Origin: Yuukianura sp. NJ FZ-2021
Lineage: Eukaryota
DNA: 64,000 nucleotides
Assembly (NCBI GenBank): GCA_046563655.1
Contig: CM102290.1
Location: 3,224,001 to 3,288,000, forward strand
Direction of reading: 5' to 3'
Below the pieces are notes generated by a model. It saw only the letters and a list, made by a program, of their open reading frames with translations, did no database searches and was not told where the DNA came from. Below, one piece after another: positions 1-11,360 of this stretch (the stretch's first letter is position 1; each line of letters starts with the position of its first letter). The position numbers and the translations under genes were made by a program.

Positions 1-693
1 AAGATGCAAATTTTAAATCACGGCGGGCAAGCGGGGGAAAATTTAACTGGGCACGTCCATATTGGACAATAGTAAATGGTCAATTTCATTTGAGAGACGA
101 TTTAATTGATAATTCGTATTTGATTAATGTTGGCCGCTGTTCTCTTCCCAGAACTAAATTCATCTTTAAAAAAAAGTCTTCTAAAAATAAACTTATTGTT
201 ACACAGACTACCGAAAAGAAAATATCCAAATTTTAATAGATGTCATTTCAGTACACTTTCACTTTCATCTGTGCGTGCAACTGCTTGAGGAAATGGAAAT
301 AGCCTTCACGATTGTTCAATCCATTTACTAAACAATCAACTTCTACAGATCTCTCTTTTCTTAATTCCATTTTGCTAATTAAGTCAAACAAAGGCTATTT
401 ATTTGATTGTTCTCTGATATAAATAGGACTAAATAGAAATGTTAAAGACATAGGAAGTAATATGAAGTACAAATGCAGCACTGAAACGTTTTGAAAATCA
501 TTACCCTAAGTGGCTATGAGAAAAAAAAGTTTAGATATTCAGCGTCATTTCTTTCATTTGAGAGAGCAACAGTTTAAATGTCAAGTCTTTTAAAGTTAAT
601 TAATAAAAAAGACGAGGAGATCTAAAGAAGAAGTAGGGACGCACACCATACCATAGCGTTGTTAATTGGTTGAGTAACTTTGGTTTTTGTCAA

Positions 694-3354
694 TTACTTG
701 CTGTAGCCCCCTGATGTGGCTACTGGAGCACCATAGCTTGACTGTGGTGGAGCACCGTAGCTTGACTTCGGTGGAGCACCGTAGCTGGATTGTGGTGGGG
801 CACCATAGCTAGACTGTGGCGGAGCACCGTAGCTTGATTGAGGGGCTGGTCCATGACCTTCGAAAACAGCGGCGACTATAATGATTTGTTTTAATTTAAA
901 AAATTTAAGAATGCCATACCTCCTGTGGGTGCTCCGTATTGCTGACTGCCACCTTTGCCGCCACCGCCACCTGACGGGGCTCCGTAGCTTGATGAGGGAC
1001 CTGATGGGGCTGGAAAGTAAATTAAACATAAAAATAGGTTTGGTGTGCCTTGGATTTCGAACTTTTTAAAACAACAGTAAATGACTTGCCTCCGTATTGT
1101 TGCTGGCCTGACGAACCTTTAGACGAGCCACCTAAAGAACAAATTCAAACTACTATTTCATGCAAGACTGAAATAATCCGGCGCTAAGTACCTGGTGCAC
1201 CATAGCTTTGACTTGGTGGTGAGCCATAGCTTTGACTGGGTGGTGAGCCATAACTTTGGCTTGGTGGCGATCCATAACTTTGACTTGGTTGTGATGGTGA
1301 GCCATAGCTTTGACTTGGTGGGGAACCATAACTTTGACTTGGTGCCGATGGTGATCCATAGCTTTGGCTTGGTGCCGATGGTGAGCCATAGCTTTGACTT
1401 GGTGGGGCTCCGTAGCTCTGACTTGATGATCCTCCACCGGAAGGTGCACCATAAGTTGAAGCCGGTGGAGCTGTCATAAGACGGTATTTAGCACTGATGT
1501 GAAACATTAGTTTGTACGGTTGAAGAATTTAATTTTCGAAAGGTTTACCTCCATAACTTTGTTGCGGTGCAGCTTTTGGAGCTGTCAAACGCAGGCCAAA
1601 AATTTAGCAAATGAACTGTAACTTAGCAACACTGACCATTGTGCTTAACCTCACCTGAGTATTGCGGAACTGGGCCTATCGTAGGACTCCCGTATGCAGG
1701 AGACGGACTCTTATATCCAGACGACGCTAAATTTCATCAAATTTTGACTGAAATTAACTTTACCGCTCTACATCATTTAATGATAAATTGCATACCTCCT
1801 CCTCCACCGGAAGAGTAGCCGGTAGGTGCCGAGTATGAGCTGGATCCACCCCCTCCGCCTAGATTTACAAATGTTAGCTGATTGTTTAACAGAATTAAAG
1901 TAAATGTAGCTTACCGCCACCAGAGGAGTATCCACCCGAAGAGCCACCGCCTAAGACATGGAAATGAATTAAAATTATAATTAAACTCAAATTTGTTGAA
2001 AATACCTCCGGAGTAACTACTGGAGGGTGCAGACACAGGAGCGGAGTAAGATGGAACGGGACTTGCTGCGTAACCTTCCAAATTTCATAAGTAAATATAA
2101 TTCAAAATTTTAATTTAATACTAATTATCTCAATTACCGCCTCCACCACCCCCTCCTCCTCCTCCAGAATATCCACCGGAAGGACCAATCGGGGCAGAGT
2201 AGGCTGAAAAAAAGTTGTACTAATTAATTTAATTTACCTAATTGTATTTAATTGTAGATTTAGGATGGAGTTGCTTAGTTACTTACATCCTCCACCTCCA
2301 CCACCTCCTCCTGAGTAGCCACCTGAAAACAGTATGGAAAATATTATACAAATTTTGCTTCAAATGTTATTATTGTTAAGTGCGCTCACCTTTGCTACCT
2401 CCGCCACCACCTCCAGTATAGCCTGAGTGACCTGCCCCACCTCCAGAATATCCACCCCCACCTCCGGAATATCCGCCGCCACCTCCACCGGAGTGGCCTC
2501 CCCCACCCCCAGAATATCCGCCTCCACCACCGGAATATCCACCGCCACCTCCACCGGAATAGCCTCCGCCACCTCCTCCATAACCACCACCTCCTCCTCC
2601 TGCAAATTCAAATTTCCAATCATTTTCGTTTTGAGGTTCGACTTCTGTTGAGATTGTTGTAGTCCACTTAAGTTATGTTTGGCTGCGTTGTGTTGTCGGA
2701 ATTAATGGATTCAGTGTAGGTTTATAGTTATGAGAGGTCAGTTTACGTTTGTCTACCTTTCACAGGGGTTATTACGATGTAACCCCCCATGCCCTTTTGT
2801 TGTGTCTGCGGTGGTCCATAACTGCTACTGCCCCCATGTCCACCTCCGCCTTTGCCCCCTTTTCCCTTATGGAAAAGTCCCTTAAGGTTAAAACCACCTA
2901 GGAATTTCGTCAAGGGTAAAGTGGATGTAAAACTTCAGTTCCAAAAAGCGTCATTCGTTCAGCGTTCTACACGTCAAACGTAGAAGGTCAAATAGTAACG
3001 TTAGCTTTACGCTGACCTTTTCCACGACCTCCGCCATGCCCCCCTCCACCTCCTCCTCCTCCTCCGCCGTATCCACCACCGCCACCTCCATATCCACCTC
3101 CTCCTCCTCCGGAATAACCTCCCCCTCCACCAAGTGGCGGAGGTTCGGCCCAATTCATTTGGACCAGGCAGCAGACCACCGCGACCTACAGGAGGATTGT
3201 AAAATTTTTGAAATTTGTCAAATCATAGGTCAAACTGGACCGGATGAAGAAATTTTTCAACTCTGCGTCAAAAATTGGCTGCGTAATATTTACATTTTCA
3301 AAGAATAAAATGTTGAAATTGTAGCGTTACCTTGATGAGTTTTCTCATCGCCAT
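694..3354 (-). CDS. Secreted Gly/Ser/Tyr/Pro-rich low-complexity structural protein (pro-resilin/cuticular-protein-like), about 497 aa, 15 coding exons
   Basis: Exons 3354-3331, 3185-3017, 2897-2757, 2599-2390, 2322-2287, 2203-2138, 2074-2006, 1950-1915, 1858-1796, 1726-1655, 1581-1549, 1470-1192, 1131-1090, 1009-920 and 857-694 join in frame. Signal peptide MAMRKLIKVAVVCCLVQMNWA, then GGGYSGGG, PSQSYGSP and PPQSSYGAP repeats resembling resilin YGAP repeats. No chitin-binding R&R domain seen. Confidence 0.88.
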
Positions 3355-3537
3355 TTTTTGAGTAACTTCACCCAAGAAAATGCCAGGCGGATTTCAGCAA
3401 TTTGAGACTGGAACCCACGTACGAAACTACAAACCAGAACTTTTTAAAACAAAACTCTTCCAACAAAATTTTTTCAACAATCTCTCTAAAAAGTGCTCTG
3501 GTCAGGATCGTTCAGATCCTTTGGGTGCCAAATTGAA

Positions 3538-3574
3538 GTCTGAAATTAAAATTAGGATTTGAGCCACCTTTATA
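3538..3574 (-). promoter_or_regulatory. TATA box with initiator-like element for the resilin-like gene
   Basis: Minus-strand TATAAA at 3574-3569 and TCAGAC (Inr-like) at 3543-3538, about 30 nt downstream and about 190 nt before the ATG. Confidence 0.6.
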
Positions 3575-6159
3575 CCTTTCCCCAGTCACCTCCATCCTTG
3601 CGCCTGCCACCAAACAAATTGTGGTGGATTCACAAATCACACAATTGCATTGCAAAAAAAAAAATCAATCTGAATTGCATCTCTAAAAAATTTGGCACGG
3701 GAGGGAGAAGGGAATAAATTTTGCTATTGTCATTTCAGAATGTCCATCGATGTTAATAATGAAATTCAGCCATCCCTTCCCGTTCCCTTCAGGAGAGAGG
3801 GAGGCCACTTTACTTTATGCAATTGGACATGCTGGCGTTGAATAGCTTTTAAGTTCATCAAAAAAAGAAAATTGGAATTATAAACCAACCGATACAATTG
3901 TTCCTTGTGGGTGACGCTGCTGGTTGCACGAGGACAACCGTCATGATTTTTTGAAGTACTTTTTTTGCGCTTTTGCACAACTTCTTAGAAATTTACAAAA
4001 GAACCTTTCAACGCTTCCGAGGAACTCCAAATGTAATCAATTAGGAAGAATTTTTTTAAGTAAAGTTTTAATGCGCAGATTTGAAGTTGAGTAAAAATGT
4101 ATTTTGCTGTTTCTGAATTTCGAAATGTGTCTTTTTTTACATCCACTACCTTGCAGTAGACAAACCTTGCAGCACAATAAAATTTGACAGAATTATTGAT
4201 TGCATTGTTCGCATTGAAAGTAAAATGATAAATTTTCAACCTTCACTCAGATGAAATCCCCAAAATTGTGTGTTTTTTTTTAGATTTGTGGAATAATATT
4301 TTTGATGTACCGTTTAATAGTACACGTTTTTGAAATTTTTGTGTGAAAAAGAGAGCCTCATGACTGTAGGTTTTTGACTTTGCATTGAGTAACTAATGAT
4401 CGCATAGAAGAAAGTCCTCTTGTTCGGTTTCTCTCATCAAAGAATTCGTATTCTTAGTCTTGAAATTTTTTTTACAGCCCTGTGGCATCCTCGCCATTTC
4501 ATTTTCTACCAAGCAAGTATCCACTGCTCATCTTTGCCTGCAAAATTGAAAGCGGTTGTCGTCTTGAGCCCAAGTTCAATCCGCTTCTTCAATTACTAAT
4601 CATAAATGTAAATTAATCATTAATAAAATCTCCCCTCCACTTTTCATCTTCATTAGGTCACCTCTTCTTACTAAAATGACGACGACGGATAGGTCTTAGC
4701 ATTTAATTTCTCTTTTTAAGACGTTGGGATAGGAGGATACACTATGGGTATACCGAATGTCAATTTAAAACTTAATTTAATGATCAATCTCACTTTCAAA
4801 TTGACACTTGACAAGTCTGAAGGAAAAAGTGTTTTTCATCAATAATAGGAGTTAGCCCTACTCAATGCACTTTTTGTTGCATTTTCAAAATTGGCATAGT
4901 CATGTTCTTGTGTCAAGGGGATCACTTGGACTACTTCACATCGTCGTTTTTTTTTGGGACAGGGTTAATCATATCCTTCAACCCTTTCAAACGCTGCGGT
5001 TTCAGCGATGTACTCGCTTTCTTGATTTCAAAATTTTTAATAAAGTGTCAAAGAATTCTCTCCAAATTATCCAAATTGCAACTCTTCCTATCAATGCATT
5101 TCAATTGTTAAGGACATCTTTTTATCATTAGAAAATGAACAATTTGAAATTTATGTTTTATAGTTATGCTGATCAGAATCTAATTTCCACTTTACTTTCT
5201 GAACACACCTCTTCATCACGACTTGGAATTGGCGTAACTTGGGTTGCATTTTGCATATTCAAAGATTCAAAGGATAAGTGTCGTTTGAAATTTTGAAGTG
5301 TAGGACTTACATAATTTTGATTTGCAAATCCTAATTACAAATTAGTGTTGGCTCTCTAAACAAAAGGCGGATTCAAAGGGTCTCAACGTAAGGTAATCCA
5401 AGATCACTTGAAAATTGGACACAAGGAAATATCGCTTCAAATCTACCCGTGATGTGATCACATTTAAAACGATTGTACTTTAGGTATTAAGGTATTTGGT
5501 ACATCAGTTTAGAGATCATTCAATTCCACAATTTGCCTTTTCATTTTGCAAAGTCGCAAAAACTATTTGCAAAGTCGCAAAAACGATTCGCAAAGTCATG
5601 AGACGTTTTGAGCTTAAAAATACTAAAAGGAACAGGGTTTGATTCTATTTTTTTTTTCTTCTTCTATTGTTTTTGTTTTGTGGTATTTAAACTCAAAGAG
5701 GAAACACGCAGTGTGTTCAATCTTCAATGACTTTTGAAATCAAAACCGTTTTTGAAATAAATTAAAAAAAAAGAAACCTTACTCACGGTGGCATGAAAAG
5801 TGAAATTTTTCATCGTCGATTAGAACAAAAAGGGAGTCGTTCCTTTGCCTTCAACTACACCTAACCAAAAGCACCAGCAGAACAATGGGAATCGAAGTGC
5901 GAATCTGGTTTCATTGTTTGGACTCTACGTTATTTGGTAACTAAAAATAGCTCTATAATTCTTACACTTCTCTCAACGTAAAATAACAGTAAAGAGGGAA
6001 ATGGAAATTAAATAATTTGCAAGTAGTACTCCGCAGTCATTTTGTGGCTGCGTCGTTTGGTTGATGATTAACAACGGTGTTTTAAAAAATTTCAAAAAAA
6101 GTAAGAAAATAAAGATTCCTATATTGTAGTGATTTCTATAGCCATTGACTGGCTTACAA

Positions 6160-6830
6160 ATTTTAAAAAGGTACCCTCAGATTTTGACCAAATTTTGAAA
6201 AAATCCATGGACTATAGTCCATGGTTTTTTTCAAAATTTGACGAAAAACTTGATGTTCCATTTTGGAGTTTTCAAAATTTCTAAAAATTCTTCTTATTGA
6301 TTGAAAGTTTTTCGCGAAGAGATTAGGTCTCTATCGCTTTCCGTTCTCGCGATATAAATTTTCGAAATTTTATTTTGATTTTCAAAACCTTTAAAAATTC
6401 ATATCTCAGGAACGAAAAGTGGTAGAGAGGTAAACTCTTCGGCCCTGAATTCACAAAAATATGGAGTATTTTTAGAAATTTTAAAAAGGTACCCTCAGAT
6501 TTTGACCAAATTTTGAAAAAATTCATGGACTATAGTCCATGGTTTTTTTCAAAATTTGACGAAAAACTTGATGTTCCATTTTGGAGTTTTCAAAATTTCT
6601 AAAAATTCTTCTTATTGATTGAAAGTTTTTCGCGAAGAGATTAGGTCTCTATCGCTTTCCGTTCCTGAGATATAAATTTTCAAAATTTTATTTTGATTTT
6701 CAAAAACTTTAAAAATTCATATCTCGGGAATGGAAATTTTTTAGAAATTTTAAAAAGGTACCCTCAGATTTTGAAGTTTGGGAAAACCTTTGATGAAAAA
6801 CTTGATGTTCGATTTTGGACTTTTCTTGCT
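6160..6830. repeat. Tandem 318-bp repeat (two copies plus a partial third) with a central palindrome; interspersed repeat family
   Basis: AAAAAGGTACCCTCAGATTTTGA recurs at about 6165, 6483 and 6752. Palindrome CCATGGACTATAGTCCATGG at 6205-6224, and at 6523-6542 with one mismatch. A related copy lies at 52834-53100. Confidence 0.9.
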
Positions 6831-6953
6831 TCTCAACTTTTCCTACATTTCAGTCCACTTGGAGGTATGTGGATTGTTTCTGTTTTGAAATTGTGCTTTG
6901 AACTTCAACCTTATAGCGATCATGTGGCTCCAGCGCTGGACTCAAGTCATATA

Positions 6954-7894
6954 CCGTAAATGCTCTAATGCAAGCGCGTATTCTAATATAAGCGCATACT
7001 CTAATGCAAGCGCGGTTTCAGCGGGGGCAAATTGCGATATAAGCGCGGTAGCTTAACTTGAGTTTAAAGCAGAGCCTAGAGCAAAGTGACATCATCTGTT
7101 TAACTTCTATGTTGCTAATTTGACTCAAATCAAAATGTAGCACTTAAATACAAGTTTTAAAAATGGTGTAACTAAAATACGATCGTTTGATCTCAGTTTT
7201 ATGTTAAAAGTGGTTCAGTACGCTTCTACTAATACCACGGATGGTAACGCAGCTCACTTCGGAATACACCAAAAACAAGTCTTCAGTTGGCTGAAGCAAA
7301 AGGATAAAATCGGTAAAAATTTAACTAATTTTACCTTTCGACTCGAGAAAACAACTTTCTAAAGAAGCAGACAAAATGGTTTACGATTGGATTTTAAATC
7401 AGCGCACCAACTAGCAAAGTGTCTCCTTCAAATCTATTCGTGTGAAAGCTGGGGAAGTCTACTCTGCAGTGCTTCAAACAAACGAATTTCAGGCCAGCAG
7501 TGGTTGGCTACAAAAATTTATGATGCGCCATGACCTCAGTTTGAGAAAGAAAGCGTCGTTGGCTCAAAAAGATCCAAATTCGTTATTTGAGTAGCTTGTC
7601 GAGTTCGTCATGTACACTTCCAACCTCGCTGTTACGAATAAAATTTCCAACCCAAATATTATTGCCATGACTGGAATATTTTTTGACATGCCAAGTATTA
7701 CTACAGTGGGCACATTTGGAGGAGGCTTGAAGAAAGCAACAGTGACGCCAGCGACGAATGGGATCACTATTAATTGAATTTTGGCTCACTTCAAACTTAT
7801 TAATTATTGCGGTAATAAATAGTGTTCTAATAGAGGCGCGTCCGAAAGGTCGAAAATTCTTATAAGCGGCGCGCTTATATTAGAGCATTTACGG
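6954..7894 (+). mobile_element. Internally deleted pogo-family (POGK-like) DNA transposon with decayed transposase
   Basis: TA TSD (6952-53 and 7895-96). TIRs CCGTAAATGCTCTAAT...ATTAGAGCATTTACGG with 18-bp subterminal repeats. Remnant translation: Brinker-type DBD (RSFDLSFMLKVVQYA...FGIHQKQVFSWLKQK), CENP-B-type HTH (FQASSGWLQKFMMRHDLSLRK) and the start of the DDE domain (IIAM..IFFDMPS), with stops and frameshifts. Confidence 0.9.
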
Positions 7895-8535
7895 TATCAC
7901 TTAATGCAGTGCAAAATCAATTCTTTCAAAAAACGCTCCAGTTGTCTATATGTTGTTAAAAATAAAATAAACAAAACCAAAAACAATACAGTAGTGTAGA
8001 ATTTATAACTTCAACTTTGTAAGGTACGAAAACTGAACTTAAAAAAAAGCAAAATTAATCAATCAGGTTCTACTCAATAAGATAATCGGGGAAAAGAAGA
8101 AAAAGTTACTAACTTCTAAATACAATTAATTTAGTCTAAAGCTGTTAACTGAAAATAAAACTTTCCAAATTAATTGAGAAACTAATGAAACATGTAATTG
8201 ATCGGAGTGAGCTTTGTCCAGTCGTTACATTTACATACCAGTAAAAATCAATTTATACCCGATCATTTTCCAAATTAGATAAGAATTGGACAACTGCTGA
8301 GTTGATTTCCTTGATATTTAAGTGGGACTTATAAAAACATTATCTTAATATGCCTAGACATCCTTCTTCACTGGAAAAAAATTTTTCAACATTTTTAGCA
8401 ACACTATTTTTCTTAGAAAACACGTTTAAACTAAACGTTATACTCTGTAGACTTACTGCTTTTAAACTTTGCCTGACATGCTTTATGGGGAGTAATCTGA
8501 AAGTAGTGGAATTTAGCGGTGAAGGAACTGAGTTT

Positions 8536-10106
8536 CTAGTCCTTTTTCAAAGGATTGACGCCGGTTGTTCGGGAGAGGTAGTGCTTCCGTGGTCCCAAGT
8601 GATACTTCCCTAGTTTTGGAGGTGGGACTTTGAACAGTTCAGCATCATCAGTAGTACAGTTGACAGTCTTCGGTACATCCAATGGTTTGGAAACCGGTTC
8701 CACTGGACCGCGATTACGGTAGGCCGCCTTTTCCTTGTCTCGACATGTCCTTGCAGCCTCGCCGACAGCAGCAATCACAGCCGTGGCGGCTATTAGCTCC
8801 CGACGATCCTCCTCAGTCGACTCCATCTTTTTGTAGTACTCCAACCGTTCCATCTCCCGCTTGTGTCTTGCTGCCTCACCAACAGCAGCGACAGCAGCAG
8901 CTGAATTGATAGCAGACTGAAAGACAAAATTGAACTGACTTTAGTTTTGAAATCTAGTATCCAATCGATGGCTAATTACGTCAGTTCAACTTCAACTCAT
9001 TAATTTAAAGCGTATCTTTTCTTGAATACCTGGATTCTAAGTTCTTCCAAACGCTTAGCCTCTGAAGCAGCGGCAAGCATGTTAATTGCATTTCCACTCG
9101 ACATCCCCGAATTCCCTTGGTCCGAATATCCATTCCCAGTACCCTCATACGGATACTCCTTTTCACCATTCACAAACGATTTTGCTTGCGGCGGCATCTG
9201 CATACCCCTGGGATCTTGATAGAAACCGTAGTTCCGGAAAACATTTGTAATGTCCAACCGCTGCTCAGTCTGATTTGGGGGCATGAGATTCGGAAGACTT
9301 CCTGCTCCCAGCATGATGTTCAAATTCTCAGGATAGTCTGCATAGAGCTGTGTGTATGAAGTACCGCTAGCATGAGTCACGACTTTCATTGGCAGTGGAG
9401 CTGTATTTGTAGGTGGTTGTAACTCGAACATTGCCTGGACACGCTCCGGAGTAAATCCACATTCAGATGGTGCAGTGACGTACCGTGGTTGAATTGCATA
9501 AATGCTCTGGTCTTCCGTGTAAATTGCCTGATTCGGAGTGGTGGAGGTGTAGACAAATTGGGGTGGATCGACTCCATTCCCACCGTAACCAAGAGCTTCA
9601 GCATACAGTAGACGAACTTTTCTAGGAGATCCAGTCTCTTCATCGCTATCTTCCGCTTGAGCTGCTGCAGCGACATAGACGATGCGAAGATTAGAGTCGT
9701 CGAATGATGGATCTGGCCGAGTGAATGCTAAGTCATCGGGGTTTGAGTATATGAAACGCACTGTTCGCTTTGGCCGTGGAATGATCTTCGGACGGTCCGG
9801 TTCCTGTCCTCGACTTTCTTCCTGTTCAGTCTCCATAACTGGTGGTTCTTTAGGTTCTTCCTTTACATCCGCTGGACTTGGACATGGCTCAGTTTGTACT
9901 GGCACTGCTCCACCTGAAACGAGAATAGACAGTTCATCAATCAGATGGCTTTAACAAGTTGAAGAGCACTGGAAATATATAATTGTTGCACATTAGATTA
10001 AAAAAATGAACTCCCAGGTACCATTTTTGTCAACACCTGGAAGCAAGTTATAATATATACGCGACAATACTCGCGCCAGATTCTCTTGTTTCTGTTGGTT
10101 GGACAT
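8536..10106 (-). CDS. Uncharacterised protein of about 436 aa (3 exons), or the 3' exons of the upstream zinc-finger gene
   Basis: Exons 10106-10061, 9913-9030 and 8916-8536 join in frame with canonical splice sites. No recognisable domain. Helical motif AAVGEAAR occurs twice. Confidence 0.65.
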
Positions 10107-10159
10107 GATTTTAATTATTAATCAACTAAACCGAACTTAGCAAACAAAGAGCAAAATGT

Positions 10160-10920
10160 TATTTCGTAGTGAGTAGCGAAGGCATGAGCGACTTTATGTT
10201 TTTCCCAGAGTTTCTCTGTCTGTCTGTTTGCTGGACACTATATCTCTGGAACCGTTGGGCCGATTTTCAATCTGTTTTCACTAGTGTTGGTGGACGCTTA
10301 AACGTCCAGTGGCTTAATTGCCACTTCCAGTGGATATCCACTGGAAGAAACGCGCACCAAATGGACGAAACGAAAAGTGGATGGAAGAAATCACAAATTT
10401 TGCGCGAAATTCAAATCAATTCAAATTTAAATTAACGAAATGATATCAGAAAGCTTTACTTTCGCCATTATAGTTAATATATTATTTAAGACGTATTCAA
10501 AAACGATATTTACATAGTTTTTGTACTGTGTTTTCATGTTTTTTAGTTTTTTCTAGTCAATTAATTCAAATTCGGAGGGCAAAGCTCCGCCCCTTTGGAT
10601 TCATCTATTTCGTCCATTTCTTCCACTGGATATCCAGCCGTGGATGAAATGAATGTCGAAAAAGTGGATATCCACCAACACTGGTTTTCACACATACATT
10701 TCACACGGTCGGTTCCGGTATAACCGGGTGTAAACAATTTCCGGGTCAAAGGTCAAGGTAAAGTACTTTCTTTTACGGGAATAAAAAATCACGCCCTTAC
10801 AGAAGGTGTTCATCTCATTGAGATAAACAACTTCGTGACCTTGACCTTTGGCTTGGTGCTTCAAATGTATGAATCATTGTCACAAATCCTTTTGTACACT
10901 TCGCTACTTCGTTACGGCGT
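10160..10920. mobile_element. DINE-1/HINE-like non-autonomous element (Helentron-associated type)
   Basis: Subterminal inverted repeats AGTAGCGAAG (10172-10181) and CTTCGCTACT (10899-10908), a short (CTGT)n run, a core TATATCTCTGGAACCGTTGGGCCGATTTTC and a GGTCAAAGGTCAAGG inverted pair. Family assignment rests on structure only. Confidence 0.5.
10282..10683. mobile_element. hAT-type MITE (402 bp) nested in the HINE-like element
   Basis: TIRs TAGTGTTGGTGGA...TCCACCAACACTG. Exact 8-bp TSD GTTTTCAC (10274-10281 and 10684-10691). Internal perfect 24-bp palindrome CTTCCAGTGGATATCCACTGGAAG (10324-10347). Confidence 0.85.
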
Positions 10921-11360
10921 TTACAACGGTTTATTAGCAGAGGCCGGAAAAGTAAGATAAATCTTTTTTAGGACTTTAAAATCTTTAAAAACTTTAAAAA
11001 ATTATAAATTCTTTTCTGGGAATGAAATCTATTAGAAATTAAGAGCCATCTTTTTCGACCAGTTTTTCTAAATTTTGTTAGATTTCGACCAAATCTTGCC
11101 TAAAACCTATTATTCTGCTAAAAATTTTTCCACGATTTTTCATTTATCTCATGAAAACTCAACTCCTGTCAAAGTTTGATGCGTGAAATTGTGTGTTCTG
11201 AAGGTTGTTTCTCCGCAAAACTTGATTTCTTGCCACTTTCTTTTGCAAAGCGTAAAACATGAGTAAGGAAAACACATTCTAAACTTGTTACATTGAATAA
11301 TATTGAATAAATTTCTAGATTTTTGTAGTAGAACTTTTTTAAGACTTTTCTGGCTTATTT

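Noticed and set aside
2360..3308. Alternative-frame and antisense ORFs over the Gly-rich exons (also over 12915-13210, 48738-50473 and 52101-52582)
   Set aside because: Shadows of low-complexity coding sequence.
3766..5940. Minus-strand ORF fragments and exon-like blocks suggesting a decayed gene
   Set aside because: No recognisable domain and stops in all frames; cannot be told from chance.
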